NCBI GenBank assembly: GCA_028023455.1
Contig: JAQFVV010000007.1
Span: 8,680,001 to 8,744,000 of the forward strand
DNA length: 64,000 nucleotides
Direction of reading: 5' to 3'
Source: Epiperipatus broadwayi
Taxonomy: Eukaryota; Animalia; Onychophora
Shown: positions 1-13,016 of the stretch, piece by piece
Numbering within the stretch: the first letter of the stretch is position 1
Layout of the letters: every line of letters begins with the position of its first letter
The notes under the pieces: model-generated
What the model saw: the letters and a program-made list of their open reading frames with translations, nothing else
What the model was told of the DNA's origin: nothing
Database searches by the model: none
Made by a program: the position numbers and the translations under genes

Positions 1-253
1 GTAGTAAAATTTTCTAACTGCCCACCGGTTCCACAGTAATGGTGATTTATAAAGTGGGGAAGTAACTTTACTTTATAAAATTTATAAAGCAGAGTTACAG
101 CAAGCTAAAACATATAAATCTCTATGGAATTTTTTTAAAAAGTCAAATTTTTAAAAAAAAAAAGTGCTTCAGTGTCGGACAAAACCCCTACTGCCCACCA
201 TGAAAGCTGAAATGCCTACTAGTGGGTGGTAGGGACCAGGTTGACTACCATTG
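1..253 (-). mobile_element. Non-autonomous hAT (Buster/Charlie-type) MITE, cut by the window edge; resembles Myotis hAT1/nhAT1 family
   Basis: Minus strand starts CAATGGTAGTCAACCTGGTCCCTACC (hAT TIR type CAGTGGTAGTCAACCT). The 8-bp flank ATATAGTG has a central TA, as in Buster-type targets. Family assignment is from recalled consensus. Confidence 0.8.
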
Positions 254-317
254 ATATAGTGCTATAAAATTTCCATCTTCAGGCCAGGTTCCGGCTTTTG
301 TCTTTATAAATGAAAAG

Positions 318-675
318 ATAATTGAATGATTTTATTGCTTGAGAATTCATATGAAGTTTGAGTATTTGAAGCATCAGTACTGAAATTGATTTGAGAACTT
401 TAGACATTCTATCAATGATTAAACCACTAGAGGCAAAAATAATCAAAATGCTCACTGAAAGTGCCAATACTAGAATCATTACAAGGATTTTCCACTTCAA
501 AGTCTGCCATTATATCACCGTACTAAACCATACAGGGCCAAAATAATTGAATGGCTTTCTTGTTCAGAAAAACATAAGATGTTCGACCATCAGAAATGCC
601 AAAACTAGAATCAATTCAAGGACTTTACTCTGCAATCAGACACTCTGCTACTACACTAAACCATACAGGGCCCAT
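318..675 (-). mobile_element. Two tandem degenerate tRNA-derived SINE copies (family S1)
   Basis: Repeated blocks AATTGAATGRYTTT...ACTAAACCATACAGGG. The reverse strand has an A-box-like TGGTTTAGTG head. The same blocks recur at about 5.4, 5.8, 23.8, 33.6 and 45.7 kb. Confidence 0.55.
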
Positions 676-1704
676 CATCATTTATGATTAGGATTCAAAT
701 TTGGATCTAATGAAGTTGGCTTTCTACCAGACTATCAGTATTATTGAAGCTATTAACATGAGATTTAAAAAAGAGTTTAAGGTTTTAAACCCAGACTAAC
801 TCACATATTTATATAAATTACTCAAACTTACAAAAGGTGGCTCTGAAGGTAGGATGAAGATTCTTGGAACAATTACAGTAAAATCAAAAACACTTCCAAT
901 ACTGCTTCAGATAATTCTGTTTTATATAAATCAATCCAATACTTTTTAATTGTCCTATATTTTGACTGCCATTTCATTGTGTTCCTCAATATATTATCCA
1001 TCCTGATATTTTCCTATGTTTCTATACTCATTGTTCAAGTATTTTAATTCATCTTCATTAACTCCTCATTTTTTCCTTAATGTACTGTCATGCAATTTCT
1101 TAACTGCTTCATTGCTTTCTAGATATCCCTCCTTTTTTCCATATGTCATAGCATTGGCTTGGAGGCAAACCCACAACAACCATCTGCAACCAACTGCTTG
1201 CTTGCAAAGTGGCTGTGCTGACCTCTTGGCTAACATCCCTCCTTTTAAACCAGTTTCAATACTCCCAGGATAATCAAATCATTTCTGCATTCTCTTTTTC
1301 AGGTGTAAAGTTAATAATAAATTCTTTTACATTGTTTATTCTTCAATGTAAGAGTTTTTCTTTATATTTTATATTTATTTTATTACTAATAATACATATT
1401 TTCTTCATTATATCCACCTTTTCTTTCTTAAGTATCTTAAGATACTACATCTTAATATTTGCAATCATTTAACTATGATCTAAAACAATGATTATATGCT
1501 ATAAACAATGCAATGGTTTTACTATTGTTGATCATTTTCTTTTTATTAATTATTAATTATATCAATCATTAGAGGCAATCTTTGGTTTACATAAACTATA
1601 TATTTTTGCATAACATGAATTTTGCATAAATCACATATTTTCCTTCAGGTGCATATTTGTAATAACAAAAAAAAAGTGTGAAAATATTTTTAACACTAAA
1701 AATA

Positions 1705-1885
1705 ATGACTACCATATATTGCAAGACAAGTACTTGTAGCAAGAAACACACAAGAATTGAGGATTGTAGACTTGAACATAACATTATTCTTTTGTTTTTA
1801 TACTTTTCATGTGCTAAAAGTTATATACGCAAGTTGGAACTTACAAAACTATTTATGCCATGCACATTGTATTTTATTTTTGTCT
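1705..1885 (+). pseudogene. Possible frameshifted THAP-domain remnant of a DNA transposon
   Basis: Frames give MTTIYCKTSTCSKK and YLCHAH, resembling THAP CxxxxC and C-x2-HF motifs; degenerate. Confidence 0.25.
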
Positions 1886-2458
1886 AATCTTTTGATTAAC
1901 ATATCCACTTTTTCAGTCTTTCTTTTGGAGTTAAGCTTTGAAAATCACAATTATATTTACTAAATTAACTCTAAAAGACCTTTATTATGTTCATTTCATT
2001 CAGTAAATTTGCACTTGCATATAACGTTATTGATACACCATATGTTCACATTCCTTATCTAGATCATAATAATAATGTTTTGTGACTAAAATCAACTAAA
2101 ATTAGTTTCACATCCATGTGAAATTATTCCATATCAATATAGAAACTGCAAAGATTTTTTAAAATAATGTTTAAAAAGTTTAATTCAGAGAGAGGTATAT
2201 AGAAATGCCATCAATAATATTTTCTCTGAACTGAACATTTTAAACATATACTATAAACTGATTCTATTTTATTTTTCTCAATGTAGAACTATCAAATACT
2301 CATTTAACTACCTTAAACAATATCCTCATCATTCCCAATACACTTATAAACTTATTGTGATTAATATTATATAATATGATGAAATCGGAATTCTCATCTC
2401 TCACAAATACTATAATTCTCATATTATTACATCAAAATAATATTAAATAACAAAAGTA

Positions 2459-3310
2459 ATCATCATCATCATCATTACCAACAATTATCAATCCTTTGCA
2501 GGATGAAAGTCTCTACAAGTTGAATCCATTTTCTCTAATCTCTAGCATCTCTTCTCCACATCAACTCTGCACATTTCTTATTTCATTCATCCATCTCACA
2601 CATGGTTTCTTTCTGAATCATTTACAATCTTTTGGAATCCAGTTTAAGATTTAAATTGTCTATCTATTATAATCTTTTCTAGCAATATGTCCAACTCCAC
2701 TTCAGTCTTTTAATTCTTTCAATGATGTCAGTATCTCTTCTTGATACTCCTAACATCCATCTCTCCATACTTCTTTGAGTGGTCTGGAGTATCTGTATTG
2801 ATCTTCTATTAAGTGTCCAAGTCTCAGATTCATAAATAAGAACTGGTAAAACACACTTATTAAAAACCTTCATTTTCAAACACATAGGAATGTTTCCTTT
2901 CAATATTAAGTTATTTCTACCAAAAGCATTCCAGCCAAGTTTAATTCTATAATTAATTTCATCTATTATGCTTTCATCTGTAGTAATAATTTGACCAAGG
3001 TATTTGTAATTTTTAACTAGCCATCATAATAAATCTTTATTTTCATCTTTTACTTTTAGTCCTCCTTTCTTAATTTCATATGGTAAGTCTTGCAACATTT
3101 CCTGAAATTCTGAAGCATTATTTGCAAAAACAACTACATCATCTGAAAAATCTAAACGACTTAAATAATTTCCATTTACTTTTACTCCTTTAGCTTCCCA
3201 TTTTTATCCACAAAATACTTCTTTCTGTACTGCTGTAAAAAGTTTTGGAGATATGGAGTCACCCTGTCTTATACCCTTCTCACTATTAACCTTCCTAGTA
3301 TCATTATGTA
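2459..3310 (-). mobile_element. RTE-clade LINE, 3' fragment (RT C-terminal half plus tail)
   Basis: Minus-strand translation gives KGIRQGDSISPKLF, LDFSDD (FADD-like) and KVFNKCVLPVLIYESETWTL...QRSMERWMLGV. A (TGA)n tail lies at 2459-2476. Stops and frameshifts are present. Confidence 0.9.
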
Positions 3311-3789
3311 ATCTAATTGTTGCTGTTAAAAGTAATATTGAAGCAAAAGTTTTTGTATATGAAATAATTTACTACAATAAAAATATTAGAACCAAAAACA
3401 ACCATCTTAAATTGATTCTACCTTGGAAAAATAAAATCAAGTTGATATAAAGTAGAATTATAAAATATTCATTTTGAAAATTACTTTTTAAACATATTTA
3501 TCATTGTAATAATTCATTTCCCATATAAAAACTTAATCTGTAAGCAAATATTTGTTTACTAATATATTTTAGATGTGATTATATGAAGATTATAATTGAG
3601 ATGATATCAGACAATGAAAATATAAAAACTGCATGTGTATAATATAATAAAGAAAAATTCTGAAAGAAAGAGGAAGTCTTTATAAAGAATTAGCATTGAG
3701 TTTCAGACATCAATTGTGATATTATTTAACACATTATTAGACATGATAACATTTAAGAATCACTGTTAAATCAATGTTTAGTTAAATAT

Positions 3790-4260
3790 AGCTGTTATAT
3801 ACAGTAATTTCCCTATATCCTTGACATTTGATTCCAATCCATGTCACAGATATCAAAATCCATGCATAATAACAAAACATGCTATAATATGCATTTTTAG
3901 AGATATGAATATATAGGTGCATGTCCATAGGCATATATTAGATTGGATAAGTGAAATGAGTGAACAAAACAGAACTTCCTAAAGGAATATTTCATGGTAA
4001 ACTTGAGTATGGCTTTCAGGGGAGAGATAAACCCAGCTTACATTATAAAAATTATCTTAGAAGTACAATGCTGATTGTTTTAATTGAAACGTTATGGCAG
4101 AGAATAAAATACATTGGCCAATTACAATTAGGGACAGCCTGTGACCAAGTTAAAATACAACATCACAAAATAGTAAATAAACAGAATAATGACTCAACAT
4201 GTTTTACAAGTGGACATAATTGTGATTCACAAATTCTACTCTAAGGCAGCATTTTATTTT
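3790..4260 (+). mobile_element. RTE-type LINE, C-terminal remnant
   Basis: ORF 3960-4244 (ELPKGIFHGKL...KPSLHYKNYL) matches the RTE post-RT motif RLPKxIFYGEL...RxRYKDxL. Confidence 0.7.
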
Positions 4261-4729
4261 TTATTGTTTATTTATCTTTCTTTTGGAGTTGAAATGACCA
4301 CACTCATTTCCAATTAGCTGCCCTTAATGACCTTATAATTTATATAAATATATGTTGAAAACGAATGTAATACATATACATATAATTAACCTATTCATCT
4401 AGTCTACTGAATATTTACTATAGTAAATAGAGGGATTTGAACTTAGGATTTTCAGTCTATATTCATCTCAACCAACCCATACAGATGACCACATATATAT
4501 GAAAAAGATGAATGATCCCTAATATACATATTTTGTGCAGAACCAGCACTTATCAGTTACTCTACATCATAATTCTATGTTCAAATTCCTCTACTTAATA
4601 TATACATATAAGTATATGTACATAAAATGTATGTACAGTGAACATAATTTTCGTTTCTATTAATTTCTAAGTCGTCAATATTTTATTTACTATTTTTTTT
4701 TTTCATTCGTTGATAATGAAATTGTGGTT

Positions 4730-4923
4730 ATGGGGAGGGGAGGTGATCTTGTATAATAAAACATTCTGAACCTTTGCTATTGGCTTTGTATTGTCACGGT
4801 ATATAATTCAAAATGTATTATATTTAACATTTACATTTTGCTTAAACAATGAGTAATTAGAGTTCGTGTAAATGGTCGTATTCTTAATAATAATATAAAG
4901 CGTAAATCTGTAATATAATTACA
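4730..4923 (+). mobile_element. Polypurine tract plus short LTR-like unit (TGTA...TACA)
   Basis: GGGGAGGGGAGG is followed by TGTATAAT at 4750, ending ATTACA at 4923; internal TATA-like motif. Confidence 0.35.
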
Positions 4924-5204
4924 TCATTGCTTATACTTTATACATATACACTAGCTTCCCATAAACAATTTATTAAAACTTCAGTGAAGAATAAAGACAA
5001 TTGTTCCTTAAATAAACAGCATTAAAAATATGCTCTGTGTATTTGGTGCAAAAATAGATCGTCAGACTCTGTAAACATAAGAAATGGTGATCATGTAATG
5101 TGGGATTCTAATGATCAGTTCTAACGAAGATACTTTAAGCAATTGAACTTCACATGAATTCTCAACTAAATATAAAAAATAACAACTCATGTGAATCCTC
5201 ATCA

Positions 5205-5345
5205 TCATTTTCAATGATTGTCAATCCACTGCATGATGAAGACTTTCCAAGTTTAGTTTATCTTCGCTTATCTCTAACTTCTCTTCTCCACATCATCCCA
5301 ACATACTTTCTTATTTCATCCAACCATCTCATGTGTAGTCTCTTT
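5205..5345 (-). mobile_element. RTE LINE 3'-end remnant
   Basis: Similar to 2460-2620 (CTCTTCTCCACATCA...CTTATTTCATCCAACCATCTCA). Confidence 0.5.
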
Positions 5346-5379
5346 CTAGGTTTAACTCATGTGATTAAACCTAAACAAA

Positions 5380-5975
5380 TAAAATATCTGAATGGCTTTA
5401 TTGTTTGGAAGTCCATAAAAAAGTTGGCGTAAGAAAATATGAGAATTGAAATGGATATGAGGACTTCAAGTCACTGACCCTGACTCTCTATCATTACACT
5501 AAACTATAAAAGGAAAGAAACTTAAGAAATATGCACAAATAGATATTTAGTGTTATAACTCAAAGGTACTTTCTTATTTATAAAATACCTTCCAAATATT
5601 TCCAGTAACAAAGTTAAATATCTTGAATAATGATATTCCTATAAGTTGAATAAAGAATCAGAATTTTCAAAAACAAGCCATTAGCAATGGTTTGAAGAAG
5701 TGAAACATATATGTAATTCATATGATGAAATATATAAAATAAAATAATTGAATGGCTTTATTGCTTGGAAATTTATAAGAAGTTGGAATGACAGAAGCAT
5801 GAGTATAATGAAATGATCCTAGAGGCTTACATTGTAAAGTCGAACAACTTCCACCAATACTGGAACAAATCCAAGAGCCTTACATTGTGGAGTCAAACAA
5901 CTTCCACCAATACTGGAACAAATCCAAGAACTTTAAGTTCCCAAGACTGATGTTGTACCACTATACTAAACAACT
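5380..5975 (-). mobile_element. Two S1 SINE copies (5380-5510 and 5743-5975), the second with an internal tandem duplication
   Basis: Shared TGAATGGCTTTATTG(C/T)TTGGAA block and ACTAAAC end. Confidence 0.5.
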
Positions 5976-8900
5976 TAGGATTTAAAGAAATCTACACCAA
6001 TAGATATTAACATCATAAATCAAAACTACTTTTATAGTATCTTATTTTGAAAAATATCTTCCAAACATGTATCCAATATCAAAGTTAAAAATTTCAATTA
6101 TATGATACTTCTATAAATTGAATATAAGATCAGATTTAATGCAAGCCATTACAATATAGTCTTTGTAAGTAGTACATTATAGATTTGCAAGTAATTAATA
6201 ACTTCTTCTAGGCTTTAATTACTAAAAAAAAAAGTATCGCAAAAACTTTTAGATTTTCAACGTATTCATAGATGTTACAACTATATTATTTAAAAAAAAC
6301 AGCACAACCTTTTCTTAAAAAATAAAGTAAAAACATCTAAAACATGTAATGTATAGTATTAACAAAAGTATAGATTTATCATCATAAAATTCTATTGCCA
6401 CACACGATGCTGTATCAAACTATACAACTTCAACTATATATGCTCTCCAATAAAAAATGTAAACAAACAAACAAAAATGTAAATAAACAAACAAAACAAT
6501 ATAAAAATTCATAAATTTAATACATTTTACAAAGTGTAAGCAACAATTTTTCCATCTCTGAATCTCATACACAATCATGTTCAATAATAAAAATTAAAAA
6601 TTGAAAATACACTTTACAATATGTCTTGAAATGCCATACACAATCCTATTATTAATAATAATTAATCAGTTTGTGTTGAAAGCACATACATATTATTATT
6701 CCTTTATCATCCTTTCCAAATTTGATGTACAGTATATTGCATACTGAATGTTTTCTATGATTAATGTTAAAAGTTTTGTAAAATTTTAAAACATTAAAAA
6801 TTAATTCTGACTTAAAAACATAAAAACAATTAGAGAAATCTTAATTTCTTAATAATAAGACCAATATTATTACATTTCTATAAATAAAAAAAAACTATTA
6901 AAAAAAAAAGAATATAGCCCAGAGCATATTTAATAGCAACAAAAGTCTGAAATTTTACTATTTTCTTTATTTAAAAAATAAAAACACAATAATTACATTT
7001 TTGTAATTCTTATTGTTTCAGAAAATGAATATGTAAATGCATTTTCAGTAAAATATACACAAATGTATCCCCTCGACTTATTACTAATAATTATATTATA
7101 ATTATTTTAAAATTTTGTTTATACTATAATCTTATTTTATATATGTATTCTATACAAATAAAAATGTTATGTATATGCATGTATTTAAAAGTACTGCACA
7201 TGTGCAATTCAATGAACAATACAAATTCCATTTTAATCCAAGTTAATCAACAAAATATGAGCTATTATATGCTATATACATTTGTACCCAAAGCTGGTTA
7301 GTAACAAAATATAGTATAGTTTGATATTTCTACTGTATTTAAAAATTGCAAATAATCAATTATTATTGAAAATAATAGATTAAACGTATTTGCAGCATTA
7401 TGTTTCGATGTTTCATTTAAAACATTTTAATGCAATTTTCATAAAATAATATATATATATTAGAATAAACTCTTTTATTTACTATTCACTAAAACCCTCC
7501 AAAATAATTGTTTTCTTCAACCATAATTACCAACTCTGTCAGAGGCATGAAAATACTTTTGACCATTTATTTCTTTCTTACACAGGCCTCTCTATCTCAA
7601 AACATTTCATTTTCCATAACGTCAAAACTAATTATTATCTTGCCATCTCATTGAGAGATAGTATAAAACCCAGATCTATACCAGTAATCAGACTCTCACT
7701 GGTCATCACTCATGCCTTCTGGACTGCCCAATGTAAAAAAAATGTTCAATCCATCATGCTTTCAAGAAGAAAGTTACATCATGAACAAGTTGGCCAAAAT
7801 TAAGGCTCAAGATCAGCTCCTTACTTCAAAGGGCAGGTTTGTTGATATGTGGGATGAGATAAATATCACATAATTCATCCAGATCAATTCAGAGTAATTT
7901 TGTAATAAATCATTTGGATACTGTCACATTGTCTCTAATGGATTATATTTATAATAAAGTGATTCCTTCCTTGAACACTATCATGAATCAGACTTCAACC
8001 AGAGTCACTGACTGATAAGCTAATGCATCTGATTACTCACATCTGTATCAATACTGAATTTATGTGATATAGTCTATCTGAATTGTTGCTAACAAGTGTG
8101 GCGGCTGTTAATTAGTCTTATAATTTCATTTGCTAATCATTATCTATCTTTCAGTTTGTAAACCTTTGACCTAGTATCTATGCATTATTTCCTAATTGAT
8201 TAATCAATCTGGTGTCTAATCGACCTTTTACAAACTAATAATCAATGTACATTGTCAATTTATTATTCATGATACTTGTGTATTTTTAATGTTTTAATAA
8301 TTTGAGTATTTATATTTAATTGAAACATGGAGTATCCATAATTAATTAATTCAATTAATTGAAAAAATTAGTGAGTGAATTAATTAATTTCTGGATATAC
8401 CACACTTTTATTTCAAATTGAATATAAAAATCTCAATCGTGGTTGAAAAAACAATTATTTTTTGGCTTTTTAGTATATAGTAAATAAAATATTATATATG
8501 CATTATTTTAAACTTTTTAGTATTCACACAGTAGATAAAAGCATTTATTATAAAATATTTTTTGTATAAATTATTTTTAATTTTTTAGAACTACAACATT
8601 TTTTTTGTAATTACTTCTATTTAAAATGAAGAATAAAAATATAAGGTCACAGAATGTGTAATATTTTAAAAGAAATTTATGGCACACTAAAAATAATATA
8701 ATGAAGGAAGAAAAAATAAACTTTTACAATCAAGAGAAAATAAAATTTCATCCATTTTAAAAAAGCAACTTTTACAATCAATCAAAAGTAGGATTTGTTT
8801 TTATTTCTATTTTAATAGATCATTAATTCTTATAACATCTGACTTCTTTTGCTTCACCTGATGAGAGTTTTAGAAAATATTCAATTGTTGTTTTTGCATA

Positions 8901-10309
8901 AAATCTTTATTTTATAGTAAGTTGCACTTGAATATTCTAAAAAAAAATCACATTCAACTTTTTTAAATATTTAAAAACAGACTTGTAAATCAGAACAATG
9001 TACTATAAACATTATAAACTAAGTTAGTATAAACATTTTTTTCACTATTTGTTTTTTAGATGTGAACAAATGAAGATAGATTTAGGATATATCTATCAAA
9101 TTCTGCATTAAAATCTTATATTGGCTTTATAATAATTACAATATTTGAAAAGATTTTACAACTGTGTCAATTCTGATAGATAATGACATAACAGATGCTG
9201 TAGTTTTCTATCTTTATATTACAGACAAGTTTATTAACTTCTATTGCTAAAAATAAAATTAAATGAATAAATTGAAAATTTACATGTGTTTTTATTTTCA
9301 TTTTAAATAATGATAAACCAATTAGTGAGTAAAAATAATCAAAAATATTTTATAAACATGCAAAAATCATATTTTGCTAACATTATCAAAGAAATCAAGT
9401 CATATGACACATGATCTAAATTAACAAGCTTGTATTATAAATAATATATATAGAGTTCACAAATAAGGAAGCCAGTAGCAGAAATTGGTTTGGGGTTGGA
9501 GATATTCTGCAAAGCTTGTTAAGAGCTTATTTGTGAGCTTTACATATAATATCATATTTTGTTTGTTTCAAAATGTTACTGTGAAAACTATATTTTTTTT
9601 ATCAATGAAAAAAATCAATAAAAGCATTATAGGGAAATTTACATTAGAAAAAACAGCAGTCATTATGACCTACAAATTACTGCTTTCTAATGCTGCGGAA
9701 GAATAAATATGTTTTTTTTTTCTGGGAGAAACACTCAATGATTCCTAATGAATATGTGAGTTATCAAGTTAACATATTTATTTTGGCATTAACTTTTTTA
9801 AAAAATAAATACTGTCTTCTCCAGTGCATCACCGAAAATTTATTGACCAATATCAACATGTTTGAAATTTGGTCAGCCAATTACCCCTAAATCATATAAA
9901 CCATTGGACAACCCTGAAGTGTTTCACTGTTATATTGCAGTACTTTAGATTTCTTAACATGTTTAAAATTTGAAAAAAAAATTCCATTTAATAGAAATAT
10001 GTTAAAAATCCATTACAAAATTTACCTTAAAAAGATTTTCTACATTAAAAAAACATTTTTTTAAAAAAATATGGATGTTTATGAAATATCATAAGCAACA
10101 ACCATTATTGTTTTCAATATATTGTAACAAAATTACACAGATAAATATTGTTCAAAGATTAATTTTAGATTTAAAAAACAATTTTTATTCTATAGATATA
10201 CAATATGTTACATTCTGAATATAGAATCAACTTGTTATCAAGAAAATACTGATATGACTAATTCATTCTCTGAATCCCTCTTTCCCTTACCAACAACTAC
10301 TTGATTTCT

Positions 10310-10626
10310 TAAACCATTAAGCATCACATGATCACTATCTTATACTAGCACATAATTGTTTATAAACAAAGCAAAACTCTCCATACAGTATTGCCACCCT
10401 GTGCCAACTAGAGTAATCAATGAATGCCAGAAGATCCTAAGATCTAGGTGCAGTGCTCTCAAATCCAAAGCTCCTCACTGACGATGGTCACAAGCCAAAA
10501 ACTAGTCTGGGGATATTGGATGAGTAGGCATTAGAGAGGGATTTTATGCACAAGCCTTCTGGCATTGATTAATTACTCTGGTTGGCACAGGGTGGCAATA
10601 GTGTATGGAGAGTTTTGCTTTGTTTA
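10310..10626. mobile_element. Fold-back element, family P3 (Penelope-like inverted pseudo-LTR)
   Basis: About 70-bp inverted arms (10363-10433 and 10556-10626). Homologous copies at 32558-32810 and 41271-41525. Hammerhead motif between the arms. Confidence 0.75.
10473..10512 (+). ncRNA. Minimal type I hammerhead ribozyme motif (G12 mutated)
   Basis: CCUCA CUGACGA U GGU-CACAA-GCC AAAAAC UA GUC UGGGG: 5-bp stem I, 3-bp stem II, palindromic ACUAGU stem III. GAAAC is replaced by AAAAAC. Confidence 0.65.
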
Positions 10627-10767
10627 CTTGATTTCTCTTTAGAACAATTAATGTGCATTTGGTCAATTATACATTACATATATTATTTAAAATAAATATA
10701 TTCATCAAACAAACAAGTTTGAATATGTTACTAAGATAATTCACAAGCAAGATTCCTAAAGAATCAT

Positions 10768-10863
10768 TTAGATGTAAATAGTGCCCACCAATGCTAGAAG
10801 AAGGGTTATCAGCACCACAAATGCAAAGTAGTAATTGGCACTCCTTTCCCTCAAAAAACAAAT
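10768..10863 (-). CDS. Candidate terminal exon encoding a C-terminal TM helix (ICFLRERSANYYFAFVVLITLLLALVGTIYI*)
   Basis: Open frame after an AG, locally raised GC, hydrophobic tail. No homolog recognised. Confidence 0.25.
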   Translation of the reverse strand: MCFLRERSANYYFAFVVLITLLLALVGTIYI

Positions 10864-11144
10864 CTATGTGATTTTATATACCTTTTAATGTTTTATTAAA
10901 GATGATAATGAAAAAATTACTATTACATAATGATAACTTTACTTTCTGACCTACAAAACTAAACTTAGATACAATATCATCAACTATTGAACTTGTTTCT
11001 ACATGCACATGAATCTACATGTTGAAACACATATGTATTTTTTTTAAATTATCGGAATACTGCTACAATGGAATGTATTGCTATATATATAAATAGCATG
11101 GATAGGAATAGTACAATATATTGTTCCATTTTCACATCACATAC

Positions 11145-11223
11145 CAACATGGTGTGAAATATAGATTGTGTAAACCCAACATAAAAAGACATAAATGAGA
11201 ATATTATACAAGAAACACAAACC
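11145..11223 (-). CDS. Candidate internal exon (VCVSCIIFSFMSFYVGFTQSIFHTML)
   Basis: Strong TTTTTTAG acceptor and GTATGT donor; phase-compatible with 10863-10768. Confidence 0.2.
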
Positions 11224-12454
11224 CTAAAAAATTATAATTGACAAATCACATTTAAAGTAATTGTTTATTTTAATTAGTTTATATTTCCTTATTTTGTAGA
11301 AATAATGAATCAAGTCACATTATTTAATATTCATAACGTAACAAAAATGGATTCTTAATTTTGCACTGTTTTAGTACCCTCTTGTATCAGCACCCTTATG
11401 CCTTGCTTACCTTGCTTACTGCCTTCCACCAGCCCTGTTGCCCACCTTTTATTATATCCATGCCAGTTTATTTGTCAGATAAGATTATTTACGCTCTCAT
11501 TAAAATTCTTAGAATTTCATCTAAATTATTTAAAATCTACATTAATATATATGTGGGCAGAAAGATAGACAATACTTTGAAAAACTATACTCTTAACAAA
11601 GAAAAAATTTCTAAATACACAAACCAAGCTGTCAATAAAGATTTTCAAATTATTAAAAGAAAAAAAAACATTAGTATGAAAAACAAAAACTAATCATAAT
11701 AATTCAAAATTTAATTAAACACACCCAGTAAAAAAAATGAATCGCGTTATTTAATCTTTGGCATCTGTGTTTTGAGTTAAAAATTTTAATTAAAAAATAT
11801 TGTTTATCATTGTGATAAATATTATGAATTAGGAATAAAAGCTTTGTGCATTGTTTAAGAAGAGAATAAGTTCTTATTTACAATGTTTACAAAAAGTCTG
11901 AATATTCAATTCAGTCAAAATAAAACATTTTAATAAAATAATGAAAGCACTCTTCAGAATTTAAAATTGTAATTTTAATAAAGATTTATAATCGCAGTGA
12001 AAAAATTTTTTTTATTAAGTCATAAGACAAAGAATACTAATGAAAATCACAATATTTACAATAATAAAAAAGAAACGGACTGAAATTCAAGTAAAAACTT
12101 GAAGACTAATTATTTAATAAGGGTAGCGTGAGTTTTAAAAATTTCTACCAATCACATCTTGGCAATAATGATGAAAGGTTATAAAAGTCTTTAATGTAAA
12201 AGTAATAATCTATAATGAATTAAAAAATAATACTGATAAATAAACAAAATAATTATTATTTTCTTGCCACATGAACTAAAATAGTTAAATTCCAATCAAA
12301 CTAAAACTTTATAAGATAGACTAATAAACAGTCTTCATTTACATTATAGAAAGCAATATACAATTTCTGAAAAACCTTATGTTATGGTCATTACCACCTT
12401 TATCAATCATTTTAAATTATTTTCTTCTTCCTTTGCTTTTGCTATCTTCATATA

Positions 12455-12721
12455 TAATATTGAATTTCAAAAATCTTACACTTTTGACTTTTCAGCAAAA
12501 AAAAAACTTTTATTATTAATTACAGTTTCGACTGTACTATGCAGTCTTCATCAGATCTTATTCTCTTCTTTTAACGTTGTCTATCCTCCATTTAATTCTA
12601 ATTAATAATAACTGTAATTACTAAAATATTATAAAATAAAAATAATAATAATAACTGTAATTAATAATAAAAGTTTTTTGCTGAAAACTGAAAAGTGTAA
12701 GACTTTTAAAATTCTGTATTA
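12455..12721. mobile_element. Fold-back element, family P1 (Penelope-like)
   Basis: Arms at 12455-12527 and 12653-12721 are reverse complements. Hammerhead on the minus strand at the inner end of the left arm. Confidence 0.7.
12518..12557 (-). ncRNA. Minimal hammerhead ribozyme motif with intact core
   Basis: Minus strand: GAU CUGAUGA A GACUG-CAUAGUA-CAGUC GAAAC U GUA AUU. Confidence 0.7.
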
Positions 12722-13016
12722 ATTGTGTTGATAATATCAAGTTCAAATCCACACGAACTATTAAATAACATATAAGATTAATTTTTTTGAAGAATGTTTA
12801 TTTTCAAACAGCCATAAAATAAAAAATCCAAATAGTCACCCATTTTTTGTCTGGAAAATAAGTATTTACAATCTCAACTATAGATTCTAAGTACAAGAAA
12901 AATATGAAATCATTACTATCAGGCAAAATATAGACTGTATACTCTTATCTCTGTACAGAAATATTTGAGAGAATATTACTTTATAGAAGTTCACTTACCT
13001 TTGCATATATATATAT

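Noticed and set aside
279-500. Hydrophobic 73-aa ORF resembling a membrane protein
   Set aside because: Lies within an S1 SINE copy; hydrophobicity follows from T-rich sequence.
8855-8885. Other CTGATGA/CTGAAGA hits (8.9, 37.9, 50.3, 54.7, 58.9 kb)
   Set aside because: No stem II plus GAAA plus cleavage triplet geometry.
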